A DNA stretch of 26,983 nucleotides from Candidatus Izemoplasmatales bacterium (GTDB taxonomy: Bacteria > Bacillota_I > Bacilli_A > Izemoplasmatales > Hujiaoplasmataceae): the NCBI GenBank assembly GCA_041652855.1, contig JBAZGL010000001.1, positions 1 through 26,983 of the forward strand, read 5' to 3'. Position numbers and translations under genes: made by a program. The notes beneath the pieces are model-generated. The model made no database searches. It was not told where the DNA came from and saw only the letters and a program-made list of their open reading frames with translations. Shown in pieces: positions 25,792 through 26,983 of the stretch; position 1 is the stretch's first letter, and every line of letters starts with the position of its first letter.

Positions 25792-26983
25792 ATGCAGAAA
25801 AATATGCAAAAAATGATGGCGATATTGGTAATGATTGCCTTTATCGCAATATTCTCATCCTGCATAAACGGCAGTTACAGCAATAGCTCGGACCCTCACA
25901 TGTATTTGCAGTATGAGCTGTTGGAAGATGATACCTATCAAGTCACAGGCTTTTCCGGCCGGCCGGTGAAGGACCTTGTGATTCCCGCTACATACAACGA
26001 TAAACCTGTGACGGGGATCAAGGATGATGCCTTTAAGATGAAAAAAGGTATTTGGGGAAGGGACTTAAGGCTGCCCATCCTATCTTTGGTGATTGAAGAA
26101 GGAGTCAGTAAAATCGGGAATGAAGCATTTTATGAAAGCGGTTTGGAATCTGTCACAATGGCAGATAGTGTCGCGTTTATCGGCGACTCTGCTTTTGCAT
26201 ATAATCAAACGACGATCCAACTTCCTGAGCATATCGTCCATATCGGATATCAGGCGTTTCTATCGACTCTGTTAAGCGGCGAGCTGGTTTTAGGCGATAT
26301 CGAACTCGGAGAGTCCGCCTTCAGAAACACCTTGGTGAGTACGGTCATTTTCGCTCCTGAGGTTGAAAATATTCCCGACTTTCTTTTTACTGGTTGCGCC
26401 GCGCTGACACACGTATCTTTTCCGGATAGCCTGAAGGTAATCGGTGTGTCCACGTTTCAAGATTGCCTTCTTTTAGAGGAAATCGACCTCCCTGATTCAT
26501 TGGAGCTCATCAAAAGCAGCGCGTTCAAAAACACCGGTATCATTGAATTGGCGTTAAAAGATCAATGGAATATCTCAGATTCGGCTTTTAGTCATAATGA
26601 TGCATTGACGAGAGTCACCTTTGAAGGGAGTTCGATTGCTCTAGAGGATAGTGTGTTTCGCGACTGCGCGCATTTAGAGACCATCGATTTTGGCACGCTG
26701 GCATTCATCAATGCCAAGGCATTCATCGGATGTCCGCTCAATCATATGCTTGTGGCAGAAGATAGCCCATATGAGATGGTAGACGGAGCGTTGGCATTAA
26801 GGTATGATGACGGGCTCGAATTAATCCTTGGTCCCGATCATTATGGTGATTTCACCTCTTTTCTCATCATCGGTCGCTACGCGTTTGCCGGTAGAGATTT
26901 CTCATCTTTGAACGTGACGGAAAACGTGGTGGCGATCAAACCGTATGCATTTTATGCTTCGCACATTGATGAAGCCTATATTC
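25792..26983 (+). CDS. BspA-type leucine-rich-repeat (LRR_5) surface lipoprotein, 3'-truncated; absent from the ORF track
   Basis: AAGGAG RBS, ATG 25792, and an open frame to the window end (397 codons). Signal peptide with lipobox FSS-C24, LVIPATYNDKPVTGI, and repeats of the type L..I.LP.SL..IG..AF..C (e.g. LTHVSFPDSLKVIGVSTFQDC, LEEIDLPDSLELIKSSAFKNT). Confidence 0.9.
   Translation, partial: MQKNMQKMMAILVMIAFIAIFSSCINGSYSNSSDPHMYLQYELLEDDTYQVTGFSGRPVKDLVIPATYNDKPVTGIKDDAFKMKKGIWGRDLRLPILSLVIEEGVSKIGNEAFYESGLESVTMADSVAFIGDSAFAYNQTTIQLPEHIVHIGYQAFLSTLLSGELVLGDIELGESAFRNTLVSTVIFAPEVENIPDFLFTGCAALTHVSFPDSLKVIGVSTFQDCLLLEEIDLPDSLELIKSSAFKNTGIIELALKDQWNISDSAFSHNDALTRVTFEGSSIALEDSVFRDCAHLETIDFGTLAFINAKAFIGCPLNHMLVAEDSPYEMVDGALALRYDDGLELILGPDHYGDFTSFLIIGRYAFAGRDFSSLNVTENVVAIKPYAFYASHIDEAYI

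Noticed and set aside
1-26983. CRISPR array, rRNA/tRNA genes, IS elements
   Set aside because: I saw no regularly spaced repeats, no tRNA or rRNA signatures and no transposase ORFs; intergenic gaps are all under ~240 bp.

Overview
Gene-dense bacterial chromosome segment. Nearly all genes are on the + strand (only a LacI regulator is on -), with GGAGG/GAGGTG ribosome-binding sites, sigmaA-type promoters and TGA used as a stop (code 11). This fits a Bacillota-derived organism, possibly an Acholeplasmatales/Izemoplasmatales-type mollicute (inference only). Gene order: 5'-truncated sensor kinase; stand-alone CapD/PglF-type sugar dehydratase; RlmD-family methyltransferase and a small membrane protein; fhs, a hypothetical and an HD hydrolase; MATE transporter; a predicted operon of membrane-anchored alpha/beta hydrolase, GlpA-like FAD oxidoreductase, frameshifted NAD(P)/FAD oxidoreductase, DUF1667-like protein and ogt; feoA-feoB-DtxR/MntR regulator behind a consensus promoter with a palindromic operator; divergent LacI/GH13 pair; trmFO-xerC-rlmH; then an accessory-looking block of a GH127-family hydrolase, two membrane proteins and a BspA-type LRR lipoprotein that runs off the window and is missing from the ORF track. 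No rRNA, tRNA, CRISPR array or transposase was recognised. Best leads: a dif-like site in a repeat-dense spacer right after rlmH, with a partial second copy 3.9 kb downstream; a 2-nt frameshift at ~11956; an unassigned multi-hairpin region at 24600-24740; and the hydrolase + G3P-dehydrogenase-like and GH127 + membrane-protein gene pairings.
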